Shown piece after piece: positions 1 through 10,137 of a stretch of 54,659 nucleotides of DNA. The stretch is from an uncultured virus (IMG/VR IMGVR_UViG_3300029288_000094) (Duplodnaviria > Heunggongvirae > Uroviricota > Caudoviricetes): the IMG/VR virus record IMGVR_UViG_3300029288_000094; one strand, written 5' to 3'. Position 1 is the stretch's first letter, and each line of letters starts with the position of its first letter. The notes under the pieces were generated by a model, which was not told the origin of the DNA, searched no databases, and was given only the letters and a program-made list of their open reading frames with translations. The translations under genes and the position numbers were made by a program.

Positions 1-661
1 GAGAATCATGAACATTAATAATATACTGATACTGAGGTTTATTTAACTTGTAAGCAAGTTCTGATAACCTGTCTCCTGCACCAAGACATATATCATATGA
101 TGCTGTGCTTTGAATAGATAGATTTATTATTTTATTTATATTTAACGGAGCATGTCTTCTCCTTCCTGTAAGTGATTCTATGTAACCATGCCTGTCATAG
201 AAATCTATTTGAGATTGTTGCCATTTCTTAACATCAGAGTAAATATCCCAGAATTCTTCAAATATACTAAAAGTGATATTTTGAGAAATGCCATAATTTG
301 TTTGATAATGGTAAGCTACTGAATCTCTTGAAGAACCATAAAAACTTGCAAACACAAGATTAGTTTTTACATCACTCCTAAATTCCTTTTTAGTTATGTT
401 ATATTTTTCTAATAAATCAGGACAGTCTTCAAGTATCCTTTCTGCCCACCTCATATGAGTGTCTTCTCCATCCCATATAGCTTTGCAGAATACTTCATCT
501 TTGGAAGCCATTGCTAACAATCTTGCCTCTAACTGGGCATAATCCAAACTGACTATGACATGATTTTCAGGTGCTGTTATGATATTCCTGACTTCATAAC
601 CTGCACCATGCCTAGGAAAGTTTTGGAGGTTCACACTCTTTAACTTATTAGAATTACTCAT
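1..661 (-). CDS. polA: Family A DNA polymerase, C-terminal (palm/fingers) part; runs off the window start
   Basis: Manual translation from ATG 661 gives MSNSNKLKSVNLQNFPR...motif A SLDYAQLEARLLA...motif B RSDVKTNLVFASFYG...SLTGRRR...motif C INVHDS. It is absent from the ORF track because it is open-ended. Confidence 0.93.
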   Translation of the reverse strand, partial: MSNSNKLKSVNLQNFPRHGAGYEVRNIITAPENHVIVSLDYAQLEARLLAMASKDEVFCKAIWDGEDTHMRWAERILEDCPDLLEKYNITKKEFRSDVKTNLVFASFYGSSRDSVAYHYQTNYGISQNITFSIFEEFWDIYSDVKKWQQSQIDFYDRHGYIESLTGRRRHAPLNINKIINLSIQSTASYDICLGAGDRLSELAYKLNKPQYQYIINVHDS

Positions 662-671
662 CTTTTTTTAC

Positions 672-845
672 TCATTCTCTTTCAGCCTCATCTAAAACTC
701 TATCTCTATACCCTTCTTCCCATTTCTCTTGTAGACAATTCTTACAAGGCATAACAAACAACTTGGTAGACCTTTCTACTTTAATTTGTTCACACAACCC
801 TTCACCACAAACTGCACAATAAATTTGTAATTCTATTTTAGGCAT
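672..845 (-). CDS. Small Zn-finger-like hypothetical protein (57 aa) in the polymerase gap
   Basis: Manual translation MPKIELQIYCAVCGEGLCEQ...PCKNCLQEKW...; two CxxC pairs; overlaps the stop of 838..1095. Confidence 0.6.
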   Translation of the reverse strand: MPKIELQIYCAVCGEGLCEQIKVERSTKLFVMPCKNCLQEKWEEGYRDRVLDEAERE

Positions 846-1095
846 TTGGTATCTTATATTTCCTTTCTAACACAGAACCACAGTATTCACATTTTCTTTC
901 TTCTAATACTTCAGGTTCTACATAACCATCTATCCTTTCACCTTCATCATCCCAACTACCATTAGTTACATCTACCATATTAGACCATATGGCTATTTCT
1001 CCACAATATGGACATATATTAAAATCACTGTAAGCATCACATGTCCAATAATGTTGGTTCTTGCAAATATATTGAGTATACCCCTCATATGACAT
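838..1095 (-). CDS. Hypothetical Zn-ribbon protein in the polymerase gap
   Basis: ORF with CPYCG and CEYCG pairs, tightly packed with neighbours. Confidence 0.65.
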   Translation of the reverse strand: MSYEGYTQYICKNQHYWTCDAYSDFNICPYCGEIAIWSNMVDVTNGSWDDEGERIDGYVEPEVLEERKCEYCGSVLERKYKIPNA

Positions 1096-1096
1096 A

Positions 1097-1330
1097 TTAC
1101 ACTCTTTTCCTTTTTCTCACTTTAATATTAATTTCATAATTAGCTGATTCACCAGTAAGCAACCCAGATAGTTCTGCTATGTGATAAAGAAAGTCTTCAA
1201 TACCTTCCTTATCCTTGTTGAATAAATTAGTTATATCAATATGCTCTTCATCAATCTTAGGTTCTATTACTATCCAACCATTCTGTGCCAAGTGTACTTC
1301 AAATAACTTAATCATGTAGATTTTCTCCAA
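1097..1330 (-). CDS. Hypothetical protein in the polymerase gap
   Basis: ORF track; operon-like packing. Confidence 0.55.
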   Translation of the reverse strand: MEKIYMIKLFEVHLAQNGWIVIEPKIDEEHIDITNLFNKDKEGIEDFLYHIAELSGLLTGESANYEINIKVRKRKRV

Positions 1331-1401
1331 TAATTATTATTGCCACCAAAAAAGATATAGCAATAATTAAAGGTATAATCCATTCTTTCCAGAATTTCAT
1401 A

Positions 1402-4113
1402 CTACTCCTGACTTTTGCCTCCAGAAAGTCTCCCAGTCCCGGTAAACAGGAGATTAAATTGTGGATTAAGTATCCCATTAATAGATGCAGCTTCTACAGC
1501 ATCAACATAAGTAGACTTTCTTTTAGTGTAATCTCTAAATTCCATAACCAACTTAGCCAACTTGTTACCATATTCATTAATGAATTTTTTTAACACTTCA
1601 TTATCCACAGCATATTCTTTCTTCTTTCCAGTTTCCTTTAACTTAGGAAGTTTATAAATATCTTTAAATATAGTCACCAAGTGGTCAGGCGACAACGGGT
1701 TAAATTCTTTCCCAAATTGTTTCACTTCTTTAATCTCATTTATTTCTTTAGTAATTCTGTCAAGTTCTTTCTGGTATTTCTTCTGCAAAACCTTTATCTC
1801 ATTGTTATCAATTACAATACCTTTGTTTTGTACCACTGTTAATGTCACCGTTGTTTTTATGAGATTATTATAACATATTTTTAGCTGTTTGTCAAGTCTT
1901 TTCTGCTGTTCAAAGAATAATTTATAGGTGTATTTACTGTCCATGCCGTTATAGATTAGCACATCTTTAATATCACTTTTCAGTAAGTTCTTTCTATCTA
2001 CGTTAGACTTCTCTTTAAGGTTAAAACCAAAATATAACTGAGTTAATCTATCAAGACTAAGCATACCTTCATCTTTAGATGTTCTTTCATCTATCAGATA
2101 TGCTTGTGCCATAGTATCATGCCATTTAGTTTCTCTAAGAATATCTTGACTGCCAAATAAATGTAAGAACCATTCTAACTCAAACTTTAAGTTATGTGCT
2201 ATCTTTTCACCACTATTTAATAAGAATTTATAGAATATATCTTTATAATTATCTTCCCATTTAAAGGCATATACTTTTTCATCTGTGCCAATGCTTATAG
2301 AAATAAGCCTTGCATCTTTTTCATAAGGTTTCAATTCAGTAGTTTCAATATCTAACGCCACATAAGGCTTATCTCTGAGAACATTTAACTGGTTAAATAC
2401 TTCCATCTTATCTTTTAGAATAGTTACATTGTCAGTAAAACCAGAATCAATCACAGAAGGTTTATAATAGTCGTTGAATATGAAATCACATGCATTATAT
2501 ATGTCCATTACAAAGCATTTCTCATACTCACTCATATTCTTCTTTTCTCTGTTACGAAGAATATATGCAGGATGATACATAGGTATTACCCAACACTCAT
2601 GATTACCTATCTTAGCAGGTACTATTCTACCACGCCACATAGAAATCATCTTACCACCAAGTAATGTCTTTAATGGTGTATCACCAAAAGTAAAGATTGC
2701 CTGTGGTTGTGTTTTCTCTATATCTTCTACAAGAGATTTATAACAACAGTCTATTTCAAAAGGTGTAGGTTTTATGTTGTTATTGAAGCATCTTACAGAA
2801 TTATTATACCTGATAAACTTACTATAATCAGTATCTTCAAATACTTCTTTTAATACATTATGTAAAACATCCCCAGAATCACCAACAAACTGCTTGTTTG
2901 TTTGGTCTTCTTTACTGTTATGAACAAATATTCCATTAACAGCAAAATTATTATATTTTTCCACTTCCATATCATATACAGGTTCTTTCCCTATATACTT
3001 TATATAAATAATTTTATGATTTTCTAATGGAGGAAAACCAATGTTAGGAAATTTCTCTTTAAACTTCTTTTCTGCCTTTTCTTCTGAAAGAGTAAACTTC
3101 TTAGAATTAACTCTAGACATTAAATATTTATAATAAAACATGGGATTCTTATATTTTTCTTTTAAGGTATTACTTATTCTATCTTTGTCCCTATGTATTT
3201 GTTCTATTCTTGCTTTGTATATCTCTGGATTCTGTAATGCTTTTTTCAAGGCATTACTCAACTTCTTTCTATATTCTTCTGAATGTATTACTTCATTATA
3301 CTTATTTCTCACTTCTTCTCTAAACATACAATTACCATTTTCATTCATATGGTGTTTAGAATGGCCTTCTATTGTCATTAATTCTAAATTATCTTCAGCA
3401 TCACAAATTTTATTTTTATTTATATGATGGCATTGTTCCTTCTTTGTTAAATTTCTTCCTATTTTGTTACTTAATAAAAATCTTGATTCTTTTACAACAT
3501 CAGATTCTCTTGTTTTTATGAAAGAATACCCAGAAGTAAAATACCTAACAAATGGTTGTAAACTATTACCAATAGTTAGCCCTTCATCTAAGGATAAATA
3601 TAAACTATCCCCTTCTTTATTAATACCATTAAAAGGATTTCTTTTTTCATATTTTTTTAATAAAAACTTGTGATTTGATGTAACTTTTATACTATCTCTT
3701 TTTATAATAGTTTTATTATTTTTTTTATTGAACCACCACTCATATCCAACTTCATAAACATCTTTTATTCCTGTACACCAAACCTTTTTTACTTTACCAA
3801 GAACAATCTTCTGATTATTTGTATCAAAAGAATAAACAAAAAAATCTTTTTTGCCCACCAAATCTTTTATTGGTATTCCGTGTCTGTATACGCTTTTATC
3901 CCTAAAAGCAGTATCAATTACTGCTTCTCCAGAAATACATCCAGGACTTTCACCAAGTACATATACTATTGGTTTATCAGCACCAGAAGGAGGCATCTTT
4001 GGAGACCTGATACCAAGACTATTTCTTGGGCATACTTTACAGGAATACTCTTTAGCTGCCACTAAATTCTTGTCTTTCTTCTTTATCTTTTCATCTGCAA
4101 AAAAGAAACCCAT
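1402..4113 (-). CDS. polA: Family A DNA polymerase, N-terminal part: family-4-like uracil-DNA glycosylase domain (with intein), 3'-5' exonuclease and thumb
   Basis: UDG: CKVC, VLGESPG/SKED...FVG.SG, VRC, YHPAYILR. Exonuclease: ALDIETT, AHNLKFE, HDTM, YNGMDS. Ends TGTGRLSGGKSQE. Likely start ATG 4113 (GGAGG upstream; TAATG overlap). Confidence 0.92.
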   Translation of the reverse strand: MGFFFADEKIKKKDKNLVAAKEYSCKVCPRNSLGIRSPKMPPSGADKPIVYVLGESPGCISGEAVIDTAFRDKSVYRHGIPIKDLVGKKDFFVYSFDTNNQKIVLGKVKKVWCTGIKDVYEVGYEWWFNKKNNKTIIKRDSIKVTSNHKFLLKKYEKRNPFNGINKEGDSLYLSLDEGLTIGNSLQPFVRYFTSGYSFIKTRESDVVKESRFLLSNKIGRNLTKKEQCHHINKNKICDAEDNLELMTIEGHSKHHMNENGNCMFREEVRNKYNEVIHSEEYRKKLSNALKKALQNPEIYKARIEQIHRDKDRISNTLKEKYKNPMFYYKYLMSRVNSKKFTLSEEKAEKKFKEKFPNIGFPPLENHKIIYIKYIGKEPVYDMEVEKYNNFAVNGIFVHNSKEDQTNKQFVGDSGDVLHNVLKEVFEDTDYSKFIRYNNSVRCFNNNIKPTPFEIDCCYKSLVEDIEKTQPQAIFTFGDTPLKTLLGGKMISMWRGRIVPAKIGNHECWVIPMYHPAYILRNREKKNMSEYEKCFVMDIYNACDFIFNDYYKPSVIDSGFTDNVTILKDKMEVFNQLNVLRDKPYVALDIETTELKPYEKDARLISISIGTDEKVYAFKWEDNYKDIFYKFLLNSGEKIAHNLKFELEWFLHLFGSQDILRETKWHDTMAQAYLIDERTSKDEGMLSLDRLTQLYFGFNLKEKSNVDRKNLLKSDIKDVLIYNGMDSKYTYKLFFEQQKRLDKQLKICYNNLIKTTVTLTVVQNKGIVIDNNEIKVLQKKYQKELDRITKEINEIKEVKQFGKEFNPLSPDHLVTIFKDIYKLPKLKETGKKKEYAVDNEVLKKFINEYGNKLAKLVMEFRDYTKRKSTYVDAVEAASINGILNPQFNLLFTGTGRLSGGKSQE
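2917..3939 (-). mobile_element. Intein (341 aa) with HNH endonuclease in the UDG domain
   Basis: GESPG|CISGEAVIDT...VYDMEVEKYNNFAVNGIFVHN|S; block B VTSNHKF; internal CHHINKNKICD..DNLELM...HSKHH. Confidence 0.92.
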
Positions 4114-4301
4114 TATTCCTCCACACGTTCCCTTACCATTTCTAAAAATGCATCTACACAATGTGCTTCTAAATGTGCTTCTAAGTACCCACAACCATAA
4201 ACTTCACACGTAGCATCATGGTCATGTATCCTTCCATGCCTACATAACTCACTGTTAGAGGATGTTTCACAATTTCTTGCATATTCACATATTACTAACA
4301 T
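4113..4301 (-). CDS. Cys/His-rich microprotein with conserved C-terminal helix (family member)
   Basis: ICEYARNC...CRHGRIH...CVDAFLEMVRERV. Confidence 0.75.
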   Translation of the reverse strand: MLVICEYARNCETSSNSELCRHGRIHDHDATCEVYGCGYLEAHLEAHCVDAFLEMVRERVEE

Positions 4302-5348
4302 TTAGATATTCCCTATCATTACTATATAGTTTTTATCTTTACCCACAACCAAGTAATCTTTATCAACTTGTTTAAATGCAATTTCTTTAATTTCTTTTAT
4401 AGATTCATTGAGAAGTTCAGCATCAATATTAAAACTCATCTTACCAATTTTATAAGTAAATATTACTTCTTCATCCATATCTGATAATGAAGAACCACTG
4501 ATTAAATTAACAGTATCTTCATCAATTTGAAAGGTAAGCACTTTCTCTTTCTCATTCTCAAGTACAATCATACTTCTTTTAATAGCATCAGTAAACTCGT
4601 CAGGTAATTTCTGGAACACAGCATTTTCTATATCATACTTTTTCATAACACTTTCAAAGTCATAAAGTTTAAGCTCAGTGTTATAGTTACTGAATACTCT
4701 GCAATTATTGGGGAATCTTGCAAGCATAAAAGATTCTGCTATTACCAAATAATTATCATCATCTTTTTCATACAAGGAAAGTAATATTTTACAGAATTTC
4801 TCAGGTAGTAACACATCTACTTTACTTTTCAAAGGAATTCCAGTTTCATACTTACTGATTCTGTTGCCATCAGTAGAGTATAGAAACACTTTCTTTCCCA
4901 CTGTTCTTAAAGTTATACCATTCTGAGTTTCCTTTATCACATTTTTACTAATAGATGTATAACATTTTTTTATACCCTCATATAGTTCTTCTGTGAAAGG
5001 TATCTTAACTTTATCTTTAATATCTACATCAAATGGTGAAATGAATTCTGAGTTATTCAGTACAGCAATATTGTTGTGAGATTTACCACATTTCAATACT
5101 GCCTTATCTGTCTTAGAAGATAAGTCTATATCCGTGGCAGTATAACTGTTCACTAACTTAGTTAGTATATCACTTTTAATAGTGAAGTCAAGACCATGAT
5201 TAAAGTGTACTGAAACACCCTGTGCTCCATTAAATGACTGTATAGTGTCATTCCTGAATGAGATATGGCTGAAAATAGGTATCACTTTATTCTCCACAAC
5301 ACAAGTATTTACTTTTGATAATGCATATGATAAGTCTTTTCTATTCAT
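4302..5348 (-). CDS. dnaN: DNA polymerase sliding clamp, beta-clamp-like
   Basis: 348 aa; N-terminus resembles DnaN (MNRKDLSYALSKV...IPIFSHI); YSTDGNRIS resembles ATDGHRL; next to polymerase. Confidence 0.8.
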   Translation of the reverse strand: MNRKDLSYALSKVNTCVVENKVIPIFSHISFRNDTIQSFNGAQGVSVHFNHGLDFTIKSDILTKLVNSYTATDIDLSSKTDKAVLKCGKSHNNIAVLNNSEFISPFDVDIKDKVKIPFTEELYEGIKKCYTSISKNVIKETQNGITLRTVGKKVFLYSTDGNRISKYETGIPLKSKVDVLLPEKFCKILLSLYEKDDDNYLVIAESFMLARFPNNCRVFSNYNTELKLYDFESVMKKYDIENAVFQKLPDEFTDAIKRSMIVLENEKEKVLTFQIDEDTVNLISGSSLSDMDEEVIFTYKIGKMSFNIDAELLNESIKEIKEIAFKQVDKDYLVVGKDKNYIVMIGNI

Positions 5349-5543
5349 CTTTATATTTTCTCCTTCTTACTACCTGTATTACAACATTATTCAAATAACT
5401 TCTAGTCTCAATGTTTAAAGAATAAAACATTTCATCCGTCAAATCATTAAATACCCTGCAAATATAAGTTACCGTAGCTTCACCTGTTTCCCTTAAAGAA
5501 TCTGTTAAGTTTTGAATTTTGTCTATTTCTATCAATTTCAGTC

Positions 5544-5990
5544 TCACCTCTCCAAGTATTTTTTCATAATCTTTATATTTTTATCGGAATATTTCTCCCT
5601 AATAGCATTAATTACAAGCTTCTTTATTCTCATAGGAGCACGTTCTAAACTAAGTTTAAGAAATATTTCAGGTTCTGATTCATATGTGTTATCCACATGG
5701 TAAGTTTCTTTAAGTATTCTTTCCCTCCTGTCAAGATAAGTTAGGCTATTAATTCTGTTAGTTACAGCTTTTCTGAACCTGTTAAAGAATTCTGCATCAC
5801 TAAGTTTATCATACTTTAGCTTGCATGTATGGTACACTATATAAAGTTCCTGAAGTAAGTCTTCTTTAGTGTATCCAAGATTCCTTAGTCTCCACTCATT
5901 CTCTCTTGCAACTTTATTGCAGTAGTTCAGCACTAACGTACCATAACCCCAAGCTAATTGCATTTTACCTCCTTTATGTTTCTTTCCCAT
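5544..5990 (-). CDS. Sigma-70 region-2-like protein
   Basis: YTKEDLLQELYIVYHTCKLKYD...F..AVTNRINSL resembles sigma region 2. Confidence 0.55.
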   Translation of the reverse strand: MGKKHKGGKMQLAWGYGTLVLNYCNKVARENEWRLRNLGYTKEDLLQELYIVYHTCKLKYDKLSDAEFFNRFRKAVTNRINSLTYLDRRERILKETYHVDNTYESEPEIFLKLSLERAPMRIKKLVINAIREKYSDKNIKIMKKYLER

Positions 5991-6728
5991 TAATCAATGC
6001 CTTCTTAACTTTCAACATAAAAGTTTCTTTAATGAAAAAACAATGATAGTAACACCCATTATCATTTTGAGATTTAGAATGATAATGAGGTTCTCCTAAA
6101 ATACAGTAACCTCTTTCCAACATTTTACACACCTTTTCCTCAAATTCCTCAAACTCAAAATAGCCAGCAACCATCTTAAAAGGTTTTTCTTCTGACATAA
6201 TTTATACCTTAATATATTCTTATAATTGGTGTTCCGTCACAGGAAATAAAAGGTTCTAATCTTTTCTGATTATACTCTTTAGTTTCTTTAGCACGTTTAT
6301 CCCAACAATCATCACATACGGTAAATATTTTACCACCTTCATTCTCAGAACGTAGCACTCCACAATCTTCACAAGGATAAATCTTCTTATCTTTTGGGTC
6401 TATTTGGTTTTTATACCAAGTTATCATTATCTTCTTTCCTTACATTTAGTTTGCCATTCATTATAAAGTGATTCTACTTCTGCTTGATGATGCTTTATCA
6501 ATAATCTATAATCTTCACCAATATCCCAACAATCCTTACACCATAATGTTCCTCTATAATCCCCCCAAGAAGGGTCTTCATATGCTATACAGTCTTTACA
6601 CAAATCTTTACCACAATAAGCACATTTAGCAGCCATACAAGCTAACCCTATTTTAATTTCAGTCCCACAATCATCACAGAATTTATGTACTTCATAATCC
6701 TCAACTAATACTTTTTCTTTCTTTATCA

Positions 6729-7352
6729 TTATATATCCTCAAAAAATACTGGAAACTCTTTCTTAAATGTGTTAAGTATGGAAGTCATAAGTGCTATCAT
6801 TTGTGGGTGTGCATCTTTAGCAGTTCTCTGCTGTAAAATTAATTTCCATTGCCTAAGATTACTAGTCATTATTACATTTGTTTTAAGTGACATGTTTAAA
6901 ACTTGTCTTGCTTCCTGTGGTTGTGCCTTATATTCAAACACTAGCCGTTTATAATACTCTTCACTTTTTTCACAAGCTAATTTCCACAACTCATATGATG
7001 TAGCTTTGAATACATCATAATCAAAATTCTCATACCAAACAGGTCTGATAAATTCTACATCATCAGTATATTTTACAAACCTAGTAGACTCCACACTGAA
7101 TGAAGAAAGCCTGTGTCTGGTAAGTTCAGCCAGTACTCCCCTGTCTGTGGTAATGATTAAAGAAAGACTTACATGTTCTAATGGTGACTGATGCCCCCTT
7201 TTTATAAGATTCTTTATAAACTTCTCTTCTTCTTCAAAGGACTTAAGCTCTGATTGATAACAATTTCTCGCTGCCCTTGAGATAGAAAACACCATGTCTT
7301 TATATGGTGTAGGTAAAGTATGCCATGTCCATTCCTGCTGTACTATTTTCAT
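6729..7352 (-). CDS. thyX: FAD-dependent thymidylate synthase
   Basis: GHQSPLEH, ELTRHRLSSFSVESTRFV (RHR-x7-S signature), EARQVL, NLRQW, AHPQM. Confidence 0.95.
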   Translation of the reverse strand: MKIVQQEWTWHTLPTPYKDMVFSISRAARNCYQSELKSFEEEEKFIKNLIKRGHQSPLEHVSLSLIITTDRGVLAELTRHRLSSFSVESTRFVKYTDDVEFIRPVWYENFDYDVFKATSYELWKLACEKSEEYYKRLVFEYKAQPQEARQVLNMSLKTNVIMTSNLRQWKLILQQRTAKDAHPQMIALMTSILNTFKKEFPVFFEDI

Positions 7353-7676
7353 ATTATCCACCAGTAGGTTTAGTAAATTTAAATTCAAATACTATTTCTG
7401 GATGTTTCTCTCTTACAAAGGCAAGAAACTCATCTACTCCACCATTCTCAAACGGTGTAACATCATATATTTTTTTCCTCCTCCACCATCTTTGTTTCTT
7501 TGGTTCAAACCATAAACAATTGCCATTTTTATTAGCCTTGTATTCAAACTCTCCATCTTTTATTTTTACAAATTCTCCATAGAATGGACTAAATTTTTTT
7601 GTTACATTCTCTTGACAATAGCAAGCAGACCTTCCGTCCCCATCTCTTTTTAAATTTACACACTCTCTACAGGTAA

Positions 7677-8024
7677 TCATAACAACTCCTTTAACTCTTG
7701 TTCCTTTACCACACTACAAGTTTCACAACGAAACTTAGGTGTTTTGTCTTTACTTCTGTCATACTTCTTACCTTTAACTATTCTATACACTCTTACATTT
7801 TGTTTACCACATTCACCACAATCACCATGCTTAACTTCCCACTCGGTTGATAATGATTTACTATTAAAGATAAACCTATCTACCCAATAGAAGATGCAGG
7901 CTCCAATAGCATTAGCTAATACAGTTCCCCATATAGGGTCAGGCACTAACCAAATTACTACCCCAAGTATCGGGGAAGACAGTTGCCATCTTAAAAAATA
8001 TGCACCAAATCTTTTAAAGTTCAA
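7677..8024 (-). CDS. Small membrane protein (GtrA-like N-terminus) with C-terminal CxxC pairs
   Basis: Two hydrophobic segments (...VLANAIGACIFYWVDRFIF), then CGEC and CETC. Confidence 0.5.
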   Translation of the reverse strand: MNFKRFGAYFLRWQLSSPILGVVIWLVPDPIWGTVLANAIGACIFYWVDRFIFNSKSLSTEWEVKHGDCGECGKQNVRVYRIVKGKKYDRSKDKTPKFRCETCSVVKEQELKELL

Positions 8025-8159
8025 TCTAACAACACCTTCCTTACTTTAAACTAATAGTGGTTTTAAACTTTTTTACTTCAGTAACTTCCTTCACTAGACT
8101 ATTACCAACACAGGTTTTAGTGTTTATTGTTTGTTTTGGTTGTCTTTTAATCTCAAAGT

Positions 8160-8378
8160 TCATTTCTCACCCCTGTAAATAGCCCTGTTCATAAGCCACT
8201 TAAACTCAGAAATAAGTCTTACACTTTTAGGAGATTTTCCATATCTATGTAAAGGTAAAAAACATTGTGTTTTCATACCTTCATAAAAGGATGCTGATAA
8301 ACCATCTTCTTCAGTATCTACCCATTCCCCATCACAATCAAAACAAGTGACATGATGCTCACTACAATACAATTTCAT
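8160..8378 (-). CDS. Cys-rich microprotein, divergent family member
   Basis: MKLYC...C..C...SEFKWLMNRAI tail. Confidence 0.55.
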   Translation of the reverse strand: MKLYCSEHHVTCFDCDGEWVDTEEDGLSASFYEGMKTQCFLPLHRYGKSPKSVRLISEFKWLMNRAIYRGEK

Positions 8379-9136
8379 TTCTTTACTCTTTTCTGTTCAC
8401 TCTGTAAATACTTTTTACCATATGTTGAAAATGGAAAAAGAGGACAGGTAGATGTATCACAATCTTCAAATTCACCATATCCTTGACAAAAGTAACAGTA
8501 GGCATTGATAGCCCTTTTTTGGGTAAGTTCCCCTCCAGAAAGATACTTAATTAAATCTTTCATGCCAACTTTAGATTTACCAGATTCTTCTATTACTTTA
8601 ATAATTTCTTTATTCTCTTCAGTGATGACAACTTTATTCCTTTTTGTTTTTGCCATTATTTCACCTCCTTTTTATTCCTCGTATGTAACTTCATACTGTC
8701 CTTCCTCAGGATTATCTAACTTTTCTAAAAATTCTTTCTCAAATTCAAAATCTCCTAAAAAAGCATAATCTTTGTACCTTAAAAAATCTTTTTGTATCTC
8801 TGGTAAAACAAATATTAACCCATCCCCATCCCCCCAGCGATTATTACCTATTCTATAAACATCACACCTTACTTTCATTTTTACCTCTCTTCTTAATAGT
8901 TTTCTTATTCCTCAACTCCTCTTTTCTCTGTTCATCCCTTACCCAACTTGTTAAGTCCTTACATCTCTTCTTTAAACTTCCATCAAAACCAAGATGGTCA
9001 GTAACTTGACCGAGGGTTATGTAGCACAGGTTTAATGTATCCTGTATAACCCTCAAGTCCCTTACTTTACATGCTTTACAGAATGAGTGTGCAGGTTCTT
9101 CCAGCAGTTCTACTTTTACTTCTTCTTTTTTCTTTT

Positions 9137-9844
9137 TCATAATTCTATACATTTCTCCGCTAATCTTTTCATTAAATGTTCATGTAATGGTTTATTGAAA
9201 TTAAATCTACCAAACAGCTTTAATATTTCATCTTCATACTGCTTATATGTGAAGCTATTATAACCACCATTATGATAGATTTCATCTTCTGACATATTGG
9301 ACATGAATATTTTAATTTTAGTTAATTCACTTACAGGTAATTTTAAGCCTTTATTAATGTACTTTACTGCTCTTGTCATGTTACCTAAAGGGTTTTTAAA
9401 ATTATTAAACCTTATTATCTTGTTTTCTATATCTTCAAGACCTTTGACATTGAATATAAACTTATTATTATAAACATCATAAGCTAATTGGCAAACAGTC
9501 ATATCAAAAGAATCAAGTATCTCTTCTGGACTACCAAATATCATGTTAACACACTGTAATGGTTTACTTGCTGAATACTTATATGTATTTGTATGCAAAG
9601 TAGTATATGGCCTATGAATCCCTCCATTCATCATTACAGTTTCATTATAAGCATACTTATCCCTAAAGTAGAAGTCATAGTCATTTACTTCTCCTATGTG
9701 GAATAATTCTGACAACAGGGAACCACCTGCCAAGATAGCCCTAAACCTTCTTAATCTTCTAAAGATTATAGGTTTAATATCTGCTTTCTTGAAGATATTA
9801 GCAGCTAGCTCAATATTTTCATATTCCACATACTTTTCATTCAT
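9137..9844 (-). CDS. Nucleotidyltransferase (Pol-beta superfamily, CCA/polyA-polymerase-like head)
   Basis: AILAGGSL...NDYDFYF and LDSFDMTVCQLAY motifs. Confidence 0.75.
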   Translation of the reverse strand: MNEKYVEYENIELAANIFKKADIKPIIFRRLRRFRAILAGGSLLSELFHIGEVNDYDFYFRDKYAYNETVMMNGGIHRPYTTLHTNTYKYSASKPLQCVNMIFGSPEEILDSFDMTVCQLAYDVYNNKFIFNVKGLEDIENKIIRFNNFKNPLGNMTRAVKYINKGLKLPVSELTKIKIFMSNMSEDEIYHNGGYNSFTYKQYEDEILKLFGRFNFNKPLHEHLMKRLAEKCIEL

Positions 9845-10137
9845 CTTTAGAAACCTTTAAGTTTTTTAACATACAGTGTCCTATAGCTTTAGATGTAGTT
9901 CTTCCAAGTCTACAGCACCAAGAGTTATATTTTTTACTCAAAGGTGAGGTCTTAGGATGACCTGCATTATGAAAAGATTTACAATTGCTACAATAGCTTT
10001 TACTTTTCACATTATATTCCATATAAATCTTACTATATAATAAGTTAATTTAATAAATACAGTAATAGCTACTGTAAAAAATAACCATTTAAATAACAGC
10101 ATAACCATTATTTTTAATTCATCCAAGATTTTCCTTA

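Noticed and set aside
662..1401. Group I intron or split intein in polA
   Set aside because: The gap is tiled by ordinary small ORFs; I found no intron core, no intein N- or C-terminal motifs and no nuclease. Not formally excluded without a covariance search.
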